A stretch of DNA of 64,000 nucleotides, taken from an uncultured Gammaproteobacteria bacterium. GTDB lineage: Bacteria; Patescibacteriota; Patescibacteriia; UBA11705; JABHMO01. The notes under the pieces were generated by a model, which had not been told where the DNA came from, made no database searches, and saw nothing but the letters and a program-made list of their open reading frames with translations. The stretch's first letter is position 1; every line of letters starts with the position of its first letter. The stretch spans positions 19,015-83,014 of the forward strand of contig CAZPYM010000005.1 in the NCBI GenBank assembly GCA_964590105.1. Reading direction: 5' to 3'. This document shows positions 8,752 through 17,197 of the stretch, in pieces. The translations under genes were made by a program, and so were the position numbers.

Positions 8752-11346
8752 ATGGTAATAGATAAACAGGCTAAAATCATTTTTGATGAAGAGACGGCAA
8801 TGCTGGACCAGCCACAGGGAGAAGGAAGAGAGGCGCTTGACCGCGAACAAGGGGCAGATGAAGCCGTTGAAAAAGCAGCAGAAAGAATGAGAGAACTATC
8901 ACGGCCGGAAACATGGGAAAGAGAAATACAAGAAAACCTGGAACAAGCAGGGCGAGACTTGGAATTTGCAAAAACTTCATTGCAGGCAAGAGTCGGCGTA
9001 GCGGAAGCAACCGGTGAATTGCTGGGTGCAAAAGTGTCAGCAGAAGAAATTGCCGAAGCGCAGGAAAAAATGCAGCAAGTGCGGCAGGCTTTGGAAAAAA
9101 TCAAAGCCATGGATCTGCGGCAGGTATCGCGAAGCGCGGCCGAAGGCATCAAGCAATTTGTGAAGGATAATATGCTAACCCTGAGCCCGCTTTTGATTGG
9201 CCCATTGGCCGCTCTGACCGGCGGTAGTGTTGGCATTGCTGTTCAGGCCTCACTTGAATTGACCGCCGGTATGTACGCGCTGGATAAAGTTTTGGATCGG
9301 TTGATGGATAGCGCTGAAGAAATTATTCCGCCGCAGTATTTCGTGGCTCTGGTGGCCGGCACGACCAATCTGGCAGAACTTGGCACCTCACAGGCCGCGG
9401 CTTTTGCCGGCGATTCGATATCAGAAGTGGCTTCTACGCCACTCGGGAGCAATCCGACTAACTTATATCTGACTGGCTTTGCTTTAATGTCGGCAATGAA
9501 AAAAAGGGCGGTGGCAGAAGGAATTATTCAGCCGGGAGAAAAATTGGGTTTATTAAATATTAAAAAAGTGCTTAAAAGTATAGACTGGAAAAGTGTAAAA
9601 GAACAAGGGGGATCTGCTTCTCTATTTGCGCTTGATGCTTTGATTTTCCAATTTTATGTGCGGCCGGAAATGAAAAAAGCTAATTTTATTCCATTTGCCG
9701 CCTGGTCGGCGATTAATGCGCCAATCATGTTTGAATATTTTCGCCGTACAACTTTTTCGCGCGAATCTCAGGTTGGAAATTATGCGGAAAGCATTGGCGA
9801 AGTCCAGTCAGCACAATTACAACAGGTGATGTTTGAAAATCAGGAGGGAGCCAGTTGCTTGTTTGAATTATTGGAATCGATCCAGTTGTACAAAGGGACA
9901 GAGGATAAAAAAGAAAGAAAAGAGCTGCTGGCAAAGTTGCGCTCATTGACCAAAAATTTGCAAACAAGAGTAGAAGGTGACGGTAATTTTCGTCGAGCAG
10001 TCCAGACTGCGACAGCCGGAGCTTCAATGGAAGATGTACAAAAATTTTTAAAAATCGCCGGTGTCGGAGAAAAGATGGATGTGCTACTTGGAGTTGACGA
10101 AGCGCAAATTAATGAGGCGACTGAGGCAGGATTGAGATTGGGTGAAAATCCCAAACATGCTGATGCCAGCCGCGCCTTTATCGGTATTATCAGCGTGTTG
10201 GAAAGTTATAAAACGGCCAAAACTAAGGAACAGAAACAAAAAGCAAAGGAAAAACTGGAACAAGCATATTATGAGTTAGATATAGAAATGCAGTGGGATG
10301 AGGAATTTGCCGTTGCAGTGGAGAATTCACTGGCCGATGAAAAACTTCAGGACGTGAAAAAAGCTATTGATTATTTGAAAACCGGCAAACAAAGCGATGA
10401 CAGCATATTTGAAAAAATTGATAATCTGGGTGTTTTGCAGATACGCAATTTGCAAAAATTTGCGCAGATTACTGAAGTTCGTTCGCGGGACAGGGTGGAA
10501 AAAATTCAGCCCTTTGTTGCGGTTATGTCGCAAATAGCTGCTTTTCGGCGAGCCAAGAATGAGTCAAGAAAAAAAGATTTACTTTATGATATTAAATTAA
10601 AGCTTGATCACCTAGAGCGGCGAGGCGATTTGGATGAAGATTTTGCCGTCGTTAAGGAGCAGTTATTAGCGGCTGAAGAAATGGCGGAAATTCGCGAGCT
10701 GATAAAATTAAGAGCAACCGGCAATGAATTGGAGGACAAATTAACGGCCGGAGATTTCAAAGATGCTTCCTTTGCTTTATCGCGGCATCAGGAAGTGCAC
10801 GCAGAGCTCGCGCCAAAGATCGGCGAGCTGGCGGAAGCAATTCAAACACTGCATGGTTTAAAAGGCGAAGAAAAAATTCCCGAGGTAGAAAGAACTTTAC
10901 GCAGTCAGATAAAGGATGTTTTGTCAGAGCTTGGGAAAAAAATGCAGGAAGCGGAAATAGTTGAACAGGAAATGGGGAAAATACTTGCGGTTGGCGGCGG
11001 CGAACCGGTAAAAAATTTAATTGAGATGAATTTGGCGCGCCAGAAAAAAATAAAAAATGTTGCAACAATTGCCGGCGGCATAGCGGCGCTTATGGGATTG
11101 TCGGTTGTTTTAGATAAAGGGGTGACGCACATGGCTGAATCAGTAGACTGGCTTGGTAAAGGAGCGGCCGGGTTTTTTATTATGTCGTTTTTAACCAGCG
11201 TAGGTGAATTTTTAACGACGAAAAAATTCTTCCAGCGTGGCGAGGACAGAGCGGCAGTAAAAAATATTGCTGACAGCAATGCCATTAATATCGGGCTGGC
11301 CAAATGCGCTGTTGCCTCGAGCGCCATTCGTAGCTTATTTGTTTAA
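8752..11346 (+). CDS. Divergent Ca2+/cation antiporter (CaCA)-like membrane protein with large helical repeat insert
   Basis: Alpha-repeat-like GTTNLAEL...LGSNPTNL and TSVGEF...ADSNAINI; hydrophobic blocks flank a charged ~430-aa region. Confidence 0.55.
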   Translation: MVIDKQAKIIFDEETAMLDQPQGEGREALDREQGADEAVEKAAERMRELSRPETWEREIQENLEQAGRDLEFAKTSLQARVGVAEATGELLGAKVSAEEIAEAQEKMQQVRQALEKIKAMDLRQVSRSAAEGIKQFVKDNMLTLSPLLIGPLAALTGGSVGIAVQASLELTAGMYALDKVLDRLMDSAEEIIPPQYFVALVAGTTNLAELGTSQAAAFAGDSISEVASTPLGSNPTNLYLTGFALMSAMKKRAVAEGIIQPGEKLGLLNIKKVLKSIDWKSVKEQGGSASLFALDALIFQFYVRPEMKKANFIPFAAWSAINAPIMFEYFRRTTFSRESQVGNYAESIGEVQSAQLQQVMFENQEGASCLFELLESIQLYKGTEDKKERKELLAKLRSLTKNLQTRVEGDGNFRRAVQTATAGASMEDVQKFLKIAGVGEKMDVLLGVDEAQINEATEAGLRLGENPKHADASRAFIGIISVLESYKTAKTKEQKQKAKEKLEQAYYELDIEMQWDEEFAVAVENSLADEKLQDVKKAIDYLKTGKQSDDSIFEKIDNLGVLQIRNLQKFAQITEVRSRDRVEKIQPFVAVMSQIAAFRRAKNESRKKDLLYDIKLKLDHLERRGDLDEDFAVVKEQLLAAEEMAEIRELIKLRATGNELEDKLTAGDFKDASFALSRHQEVHAELAPKIGELAEAIQTLHGLKGEEKIPEVERTLRSQIKDVLSELGKKMQEAEIVEQEMGKILAVGGGEPVKNLIEMNLARQKKIKNVATIAGGIAALMGLSVVLDKGVTHMAESVDWLGKGAAGFFIMSFLTSVGEFLTTKKFFQRGEDRAAVKNIADSNAINIGLAKCAVASSAIRSLFV

Positions 11347-11352
11347 AAAAAT

Positions 11353-11727
11353 ATGAATCAAAATAAAATATTGGGACAATTCATTGATTATAAAAATGAT
11401 GAACACACCAGGTTTGTTGAACTCCTGCAGGATTCGATAAGTTTTAGCGCCCGCGAAAAAGCGTTTATGATTATTGATTTTCACAGATATAATCAAATTC
11501 AAAAGCAAAAGTTGGTCAAGGCGTTGGAATCAGACCGCCGGCTGATCAAGGATTTGGAGCATGAATATCCGGAAGAATACGCGCAAAGAGAAATAAGGTC
11601 GAAAAAGGCCTGGATTTTTATGCTGGAAAGATTAGCTGAATATATTCAGGAGCAAAAAACTCGGCAAGCAAAAAAGTTTGATTATGAAGAATTGATGAAA
11701 CTGCGGCAGAAGCTGGATCAGGATTGA
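11353..11727 (+). CDS. Hypothetical helical protein
   Basis: 124-aa ORF starting 6 nt after the upstream stop. Confidence 0.65.
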   Translation: MNQNKILGQFIDYKNDEHTRFVELLQDSISFSAREKAFMIIDFHRYNQIQKQKLVKALESDRRLIKDLEHEYPEEYAQREIRSKKAWIFMLERLAEYIQEQKTRQAKKFDYEELMKLRQKLDQD

Positions 11728-11754
11728 AGTCAAATAAATATTGTTTATAATTTT

Positions 11755-11787
11755 AAAAACGTCCTTGCTATTGCTCGGATGTTTTTA
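11755..11787. terminator. Probable bidirectional terminator
   Basis: aaaaacgtcc...ggatgttttt hairpin between convergent genes. Confidence 0.5.
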
Positions 11788-11854
11788 TAATTGCGCGCTA
11801 CCATGCTACACATCATGGGAGCGGAGCTTTCGATGGCAAATTAGCAAATAAAAA

Positions 11855-13084
11855 TTAATGGATTTTTCTGAGACTCCTCTGATAGTTGATGGCAAAGCGG
11901 TGCGCTTCGTCGCGTACTTGAATCAGAAGTTTTTTGTTTTGCAATATCCACGACTCAATTTTTTTATCAGTAATAAAGAATTCGTTTTTTTTGCGAGCCG
12001 GTCCCTTGGCAATGCCGATGATTGGAATGTTTAATTGAAAAGTTTTCAAAACAGCTTTTATCGCGCTGACTTGCGGCTTGCCGCCGTCAACCAGAAATAT
12101 GTCCGGCAATTGCCATTCTTTGTGATTTAAACGGCGTTCCAGCACTTCGGTAAGGCAGGTCACGTCGCTTTGGCCCTGAACAGTTTTAATTTTGAATTTT
12201 TTGTATTCAGATTTTATCGGTTCGCCATTGACAAAAGTTACCAGACTGCCGACTTTTCCGGTTGAACCAAGATTGGAAATATCATAGCCCTCGATTCGCG
12301 TAACGCGTAGCGTGGAACGCGTAGCGCCGGAATGATAAAAAAATGATTTATTAAGGAGCGCGGTATCGTGAATTTTTTTTAGGGCGAGGACTTGATCTCG
12401 CAGGCGAGAGGCTTGTTCAAAGTTTTCCTGCTTGGAAAATTTTTTCATTTGTTTTTCCAATCCTTTGATAACCTGTTTCTTTTTCCCTGATAAAAATAAT
12501 GATAAAGGCCGAATAATTTTTTGATTGTATTCTCTGGAAATAATTTCGCCGGTGCAGACTCCCTGACACTGTCCGAGCTGATAATAAAAGCAGGCTTTGC
12601 CGCTGTCTGGTTTGCAGGTCGAGAAATGAAAAAGTTTTCGCAAAAGTTTCAGTGTTTCTTTTGTGTTTAATCCCGGAAACGGCCCCCAGATTTTTGAATT
12701 ATTAATTATGAGTTTTGTATTAATTAGTTCGTGCTGGCGGATGCTTTTTAACTGCGGGAATTTGTCCTTCGTTAAATATAAATAATTCCAGCTTTTGTCA
12801 TCTTTGCCTAGAACATTATATTTTGGTTGATGTTTTTTTATGTAGTTTGCTTCCAAAATGATCGCTTCCAAAACCGAATCAGTTTTAATCCATTTGATAT
12901 TACTCACTTCGTGTATAAATGTCTCAATCGGCCGAGGCGATTTTTGTCCGGTGAAATAACTTTTGATTCTTGATTTTAAATTTGTAGCCTTGCCGACGTA
13001 AATCAAAACCTTTTTGGCATTATAAAAAATATATATACCCGGAGAGTTGGGTGCTGATTGGATTTTATGACTTATCGCGGACAT
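11855..13084 (-). CDS. uvrC: Excinuclease ABC subunit C, short form lacking C-terminal HhH
   Basis: PGIY...YVGKA (GIY-YIG), UVR domain, IEGYDISN, VDGGKPQ, RDEAHRFA. Confidence 0.9.
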   Translation of the reverse strand: MSAISHKIQSAPNSPGIYIFYNAKKVLIYVGKATNLKSRIKSYFTGQKSPRPIETFIHEVSNIKWIKTDSVLEAIILEANYIKKHQPKYNVLGKDDKSWNYLYLTKDKFPQLKSIRQHELINTKLIINNSKIWGPFPGLNTKETLKLLRKLFHFSTCKPDSGKACFYYQLGQCQGVCTGEIISREYNQKIIRPLSLFLSGKKKQVIKGLEKQMKKFSKQENFEQASRLRDQVLALKKIHDTALLNKSFFYHSGATRSTLRVTRIEGYDISNLGSTGKVGSLVTFVNGEPIKSEYKKFKIKTVQGQSDVTCLTEVLERRLNHKEWQLPDIFLVDGGKPQVSAIKAVLKTFQLNIPIIGIAKGPARKKNEFFITDKKIESWILQNKKLLIQVRDEAHRFAINYQRSLRKIH

Positions 13085-13264
13085 ATTTAATTTTTACCTT
13101 ATAAATTTAGCCAAATATTGAGGTTAAACGTTAATAATTTAGCAAAAAAATAACTAAAATGCAATAGAGGTAGAGTCTTAAATCAGTAGAAAATTGCAGA
13201 AATTCGAATAGTTTTATGATAAACCAGTTGGTTTAAATTGTTAAAATTAGTTAAAAAATAGCTA

Positions 13265-13306
13265 TTGACATTTTAATAGTTTTGATATAATATAAATTGT
13301 TCTTTG
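13265..13306 (+). promoter_or_regulatory. Sigma70 promoter of the JAB-E1-Ubl operon with boxA-like motif
   Basis: TTGACA 13265-13270, TAATAT 13288-13293 (N17), TGTTCTTTG 13298-13306. Confidence 0.65.
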
Positions 13307-13382
13307 GACTTTGAAAATATAATATAGTTATTATTTGTTTGGGATTTTTTATCGGGCAAGTATAATCGCAAGGAGGATATCA

Positions 13383-14204
13383 ATGAAAGGAAAAAAATTC
13401 CCAGAGCAGCCTGTCGTCAGAACAAGTCATCGGCACAGTGGGCCGGTGAATGTCGGGCCAAGGGTGTACTGGAGCGTGCGCCAGAAATTCACGCCGCATG
13501 AGTTTGGACCGCAAATCAGCCTTTCCGGTAGCATGCCGGAAGTCTTGATTGTGCCGGAAGCCTTGGCAAAAATGTATGCCTATATCTGCGCCGCCGGCAG
13601 TGATGAAATCAGCTGGCTCGGTACGGTGGAAGATCGCGGCAACAAATATATCATCAAAGAGATATTTCTTGTTGAACAGACTGTCAACGGCGTGGAAACG
13701 GAAATGACCGCAGAGGGAATGGCGGAGCTGTCAGAAGAATTCATGGCTCGTCCGGATGGAGAAACTGTGTGGAAAGAAACTCGCTTTTGGGGACATTTTC
13801 ATCCGTTTTCCGATGCCGGACCGTCCGCTCATGATGAGCGCCAATTGCACGAATTTCTTAATTCCGGGCATGAGTTTTTCCTGCGCGGCATTTGCAGCGC
13901 AAATGGAATAATCCAGTTTACGTTATACTTGATTAACCGCGGAATCATCATTACCGATGTTCCGTGGTCGTTGAACATTGAGGATAACGATGAATTGCGG
14001 CAGCGTACTCTCGCTGAAGTTAAAGAAAAGGTGCGCAAGCGCATTGTTGAGACCGTCAGAGTGATGGGTGGCGGTCACTCCGCTATTGGTAATCCGCCAT
14101 ATGGCCGGACATGTACCAGAAGAGAAGTTGATAATGCGATTGAAAGCTTTAACCAGGAGGGGAGGAATCATGGGCCGAGCGACGACGACCAGCTTGAAGA
14201 ATAA
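13383..14204 (+). CDS. JAB/JAMM (MPN+) metallo-isopeptidase
   Basis: DEISWLG...WGHFHP...GPSAHD (E...HxH...SxxD); AGGAGG SD before ATG 13383. Confidence 0.85.
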   Translation: MKGKKFPEQPVVRTSHRHSGPVNVGPRVYWSVRQKFTPHEFGPQISLSGSMPEVLIVPEALAKMYAYICAAGSDEISWLGTVEDRGNKYIIKEIFLVEQTVNGVETEMTAEGMAELSEEFMARPDGETVWKETRFWGHFHPFSDAGPSAHDERQLHEFLNSGHEFFLRGICSANGIIQFTLYLINRGIIITDVPWSLNIEDNDELRQRTLAEVKEKVRKRIVETVRVMGGGHSAIGNPPYGRTCTRREVDNAIESFNQEGRNHGPSDDDQLEE

Positions 14205-14916
14205 TAAAAAGCCGAAGGCACGGGTTCAGCCGCCGGTGGAAGCCGAACTGGATCTTGTTCGCCAGCTTTCAATATTTGATCCCACAAAATTCGCCGAAGA
14301 GCGTATTGACGTGATTGGCGTGGGCGCGGTCGGATCGCATGTGGCTTGGTTTTTGGCAAAAACAGGATTCAAAAACATTCATGTCTGGGACGACGACATT
14401 GTCGCCTCGCATAATGTTCCGAATCAGCAGTTTTTCCTTGACCAAGTCGGTCAAACAAAGGTTGCCGCGCTCGCTGAAAATATCATGCGCGCCACGGGCG
14501 TCATGGTTGCAATGCATCCGGTTAAATTCATCGGACAAGAAGGCCTGGGCAAACATGTTTTCCTGGGTGTTGACAGTATGGAAGCGCGCAAAAGCATCTT
14601 TGACTTGTCGATTAGAATGAAGCTCGGCATTGAAACAATGTTTGAGACTCGAATTGGGTCGGACATTTGCCGCATCTACCTTATTTCACCCATCAGCCCA
14701 GCGCAGATCAGAGGCTGGGAAGAAACACTGTATTTGGATAGCGAAGCGGAAGTTTCTCTTTGCGGTACTGTGCCGTCAATCATTACCACAAGTTCTCTGG
14801 CGGCCGCCGCTGCTGTATGGCAGTTCATCAAATGGCTGTCCAGTCGCGACGTGGAAAATGAGCTGGTCATTGGTTTTCGTCCGGCGTTCAATGTCTTGAC
14901 AAGAAAGTTCATTTGA
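14170..14916 (+). CDS. ThiF/E1-like ubiquitin-like protein activating enzyme
   Basis: VIGVGAVGS, WDDDIVASHNVPNQ, GVDSMEAR, candidate catalytic Cys in EVSLCG; GGAGG SD before ATG 14170. Confidence 0.88.
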   Translation: MGRATTTSLKNNKKPKARVQPPVEAELDLVRQLSIFDPTKFAEERIDVIGVGAVGSHVAWFLAKTGFKNIHVWDDDIVASHNVPNQQFFLDQVGQTKVAALAENIMRATGVMVAMHPVKFIGQEGLGKHVFLGVDSMEARKSIFDLSIRMKLGIETMFETRIGSDICRIYLISPISPAQIRGWEETLYLDSEAEVSLCGTVPSIITTSSLAAAAAVWQFIKWLSSRDVENELVIGFRPAFNVLTRKFI

Positions 14917-14975
14917 TGTAAAAGGAGAATAGATTATATCAAGTTTGTCCATTTTCCAATCACAGGAGGTGCAAA

Positions 14976-15188
14976 ATGGGAACTGCGCGCGTTGGGAAGT
15001 TGCCTGGACCGCCGTTCAAAGAGGTCGAATTCCGCGACGGAGACTCCGCGGCGGACGTCCTTAGGAATGCCGGTCTTTCAACCGACGGCGGCTATGAGTG
15101 CCGCGTGAATGGTTCGTCTGTTCCGCTGAACACGCGGATCAGACCGGGCGACCAGGTTCTGCTGGTCAAGAAAGTAAAGGGTCAGTAA
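14976..15188 (+). CDS. Ubiquitin-like beta-grasp protein (70 aa) ending VKG-Q
   Basis: D-S-A-A-D-V-L...G, CRVNG, IRPGDQVLLV pattern of ThiS/MoaD/Ubl; AGGAGGT SD; downstream of E1. Confidence 0.85.
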   Translation: MGTARVGKLPGPPFKEVEFRDGDSAADVLRNAGLSTDGGYECRVNGSSVPLNTRIRPGDQVLLVKKVKGQ

Positions 15189-15217
15189 GGCCACCTACTA
15201 GTATAAGGAATTAACAA

Positions 15218-15251
15218 CAAAGAGCTATCCAGCATTGGCTAGCTCTTTTTT
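15218..15251 (+). terminator. Intrinsic terminator of the JAB-E1-Ubl operon
   Basis: aaagagcta.../...tagctcttttt hairpin plus T-run. Confidence 0.75.
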
Positions 15252-15255
15252 AATT

Positions 15256-15294
15256 AAAAAAAACAGGGGCGTTCCTTTATAAGGATCGCCCCCT
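15256..15294 (-). terminator. Intrinsic terminator of the putative ncRNA
   Basis: Minus strand GGGGCGATCCTTATAAAGGAACGCCCC then GT8. Confidence 0.75.
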
Positions 15295-15298
15295 TTTC

Positions 15299-15560
15299 AC
15301 CGTGGCTGGTCAGTGGCAGTTAGCCGTTCATTGTTATCAGCCGCGTCTTGGCCGTTTACCCACGCTGGGGACTTGAGGCTGTCTTGACGCCGCAATGATT
15401 CAGAACGGTCTTTTTTGCCTGGTAGCGGGTCTGGCCGGAGCTCTGGCTGATCAGGCTTTTTTGCGACCCTACTGCTCCTCACAAAGGGCAATATGCGTCG
15501 CAAGCCGGATGAGTCATTGGCTTTCCTGCCCAGACTGGCTATGACCATTTGTTCCACGGT
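15299..15560 (-). ncRNA. Putative structured non-coding RNA (~262 nt), family unknown
   Basis: Own promoter and terminator; ends pair (ACCGUGG/CCACGGU, UGGUCA/UGACCA, UAGCC/GGCUA); internal stems CAAUGA/UCAUUG and UUGCGAC/GUCGCAA. Confidence 0.65.
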
Positions 15561-15566
15561 ATTTAG

Positions 15567-15594
15567 ATATTAGTATAAATAAAATTTTTGTCAA
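15567..15594 (-). promoter_or_regulatory. Sigma70 promoter of the putative ncRNA
   Basis: TTGACA (15594-15589)-N16-TAATAT (15572-15567); predicted +1 near 15560. Confidence 0.6.
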
Positions 15595-15671
15595 GAGGGG
15601 TCGTGTCTATGGCGTATCCCAGCTTTTATAGCGGGTATTAAATATTTAGATAAAAACAAATAATATTAAAC

Positions 15672-15706
15672 AAAAAAGCATGCGAAATGGTTCGCACGCT
15701 TTGTTT
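15672..15706 (-). terminator. Terminator of 15721..16953
   Basis: aaagcatgcgaa/ttcgcacgcttt hairpin with T-run on the minus strand. Confidence 0.6.
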
Positions 15707-15720
15707 CTATTGGGAGGAAG

Positions 15721-16953
15721 CTATTCGGCTTCCTCGAATTCCTCGGCTACGCCGACAAGGCAGGTACCTCCTCCCTGTCTCGCGCCGCTCGAGCCGTCGT
15801 TGCGGCCGGAGAGCAGTTCATCCCACTTGATCTGCTGGCCCAACTGGAACAGCTGGGACAGGAACTTGTACTCGTTCGGTTCGTCCTTGCAGTTCGGCAG
15901 GAGCAGGATGGCAAGAGTGAATCTCGCGAGACTCTGTTCCAGGCGAACATCGTTCGCCGTTGCCGCCACGCCGAGGATCCGGAGCATCTCGTCCCTGGTC
16001 GTGGCCCCGATGGCCTGCGGCAGGTCCTTGTTGTCCAGGAGTTCCTTGATCTTCTTGGCTTCCGTGGCCATGGCGACTGCCACGGGCAGGCGCATGCCGC
16101 TGAAGAGCGTGTTGATGGCATCGTTGACCGCTTCGGCCGCGTCGTAGAGCATGCCGGTGTCGGGTGGGGTGACCAGGCCTTCCGGCATGGCCGTTCCGTC
16201 CGTCCGCTGGCTCAAGGCCACGGCCATGGCGAGCATCTGGTTTTCTCCCATGTCCGCGAGCCAGGCCTTCTTCCAGTCACGCATGGCGCGGTGGAAGTCG
16301 CGCAAGGCGACCCAGAGCACCATCTTGACGCGGTGGATCAGGTCGGTCTTCCGCCGCTTGGTCACGAATGCCGCTTCGATGTCCATGGCTTCGAGCACTT
16401 CCGCGTAGCGCTTCCTGCGAACCAGCTTGAGCAGGGAGTAGAACTCCTTGCCGCACGGTTCGCTGAGCTCGTCGGCTCGCTGAAGCATGAGGTCGACCAG
16501 CTTCTCCGGCACTTCGAAGAGTCCGAACTGGTCGGCGAGACCGGCGCGGTTGGCGAAGAGCACGGATACGGGCTGTTCGATCTTCAGCACGCCGCCCGCC
16601 TTGATGGTCTTCATGAAGGAATCGTCTTCCTTGACTTCCGGCAGAGCGTCGAAAGCGCCGACCAGGGCAACGGCCGTGCCGGCCGCTGTCGCGACCTGAG
16701 TACGGCCGCGCAGAACGGACGTGAACTGGCGCAGGAGCGCCACCGGAAGACCGAGACCGTCGTCGCAGAGCACCTTGCGCAGGTCGCCGAACGGCGTCAG
16801 ATTCTCGTCTCCCAGCATGTTCAGCGCGCCTTCGCTCGGCTCGCCGATGAGCGGCTTCAGCGCCGCGTCCAGTTGTTCCACCTTTTTGCCGGCCGCGCTG
16901 GCAAGCGCGCCCACTCGGTCATTCCATTTCTGCTTCCAAAGTTCTGTTTCCAT
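15721..16953 (-). CDS. GC-rich 410-aa helical protein of unknown function
   Basis: Long ORF with GC-rich codon usage; AGGAGGAG SD before ATG 16953; own promoter and terminator. Confidence 0.85.
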   Translation of the reverse strand: METELWKQKWNDRVGALASAAGKKVEQLDAALKPLIGEPSEGALNMLGDENLTPFGDLRKVLCDDGLGLPVALLRQFTSVLRGRTQVATAAGTAVALVGAFDALPEVKEDDSFMKTIKAGGVLKIEQPVSVLFANRAGLADQFGLFEVPEKLVDLMLQRADELSEPCGKEFYSLLKLVRRKRYAEVLEAMDIEAAFVTKRRKTDLIHRVKMVLWVALRDFHRAMRDWKKAWLADMGENQMLAMAVALSQRTDGTAMPEGLVTPPDTGMLYDAAEAVNDAINTLFSGMRLPVAVAMATEAKKIKELLDNKDLPQAIGATTRDEMLRILGVAATANDVRLEQSLARFTLAILLLPNCKDEPNEYKFLSQLFQLGQQIKWDELLSGRNDGSSGARQGGGTCLVGVAEEFEEAE

Positions 16954-17024
16954 GGCACTCCTCCTGTTCACACACGCAACCGCACTGACCCGGCGGGTTA
17001 GGGCAGACCCAAAAGAGTCTGCGT

Positions 17025-17069
17025 AAAAAGAACCATTAAGATATTAGCAATCCGTATAATTATTGTCAA
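17025..17069 (-). promoter_or_regulatory. Sigma70 promoter TTGACA-N17-TAATAT with boxA-like GGTTCTTTTT
   Basis: -35 at 17069-17064, -10 at 17046-17041, motif at 17034-17025. Confidence 0.7.
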
Positions 17070-17133
17070 GGGGGCTTTTTTGGCTAATATTGCAGGACGA
17101 TATAGCTTGGTCTCATAATTAATATTCATCAAT

Positions 17134-17183
17134 TTGACAAAATTATTAATTGTGTTAATATGGCACCTTTGTGTTCTTTACAA
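17134..17183 (+). promoter_or_regulatory. Divergent sigma70 promoter TTGACA-N16-(TGn)TAATAT with boxA-like TGTTCTTTACAA
   Basis: -35 at 17134-17139, -10 at 17156-17161, motif at 17172-17183. Confidence 0.65.
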
Positions 17184-17197
17184 AAAGGGAGGTGGAA

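Noticed and set aside
14170-15188. ThiF-ThiS thiamine or MoeB-MoaD molybdopterin biosynthesis
   Set aside because: No thiG/moaE in the window, no GG terminus, E1 lacks CxxC zinc motifs, and JAB plus an E2-like gene are nearby; not fully excluded without the rest of the genome
15297-15557. 86-aa ORF on the minus strand
   Set aside because: GTG start 3 nt after the predicted transcription start, no SD, no protein-like motifs; the nested base-pairing is better explained by an ncRNA
15680-17026. Several long overlapping ORFs (155, 236, 124 aa and others)
   Set aside because: Shadow frames of a GC-rich gene; only 15721..16953 has an SD, promoter and terminator
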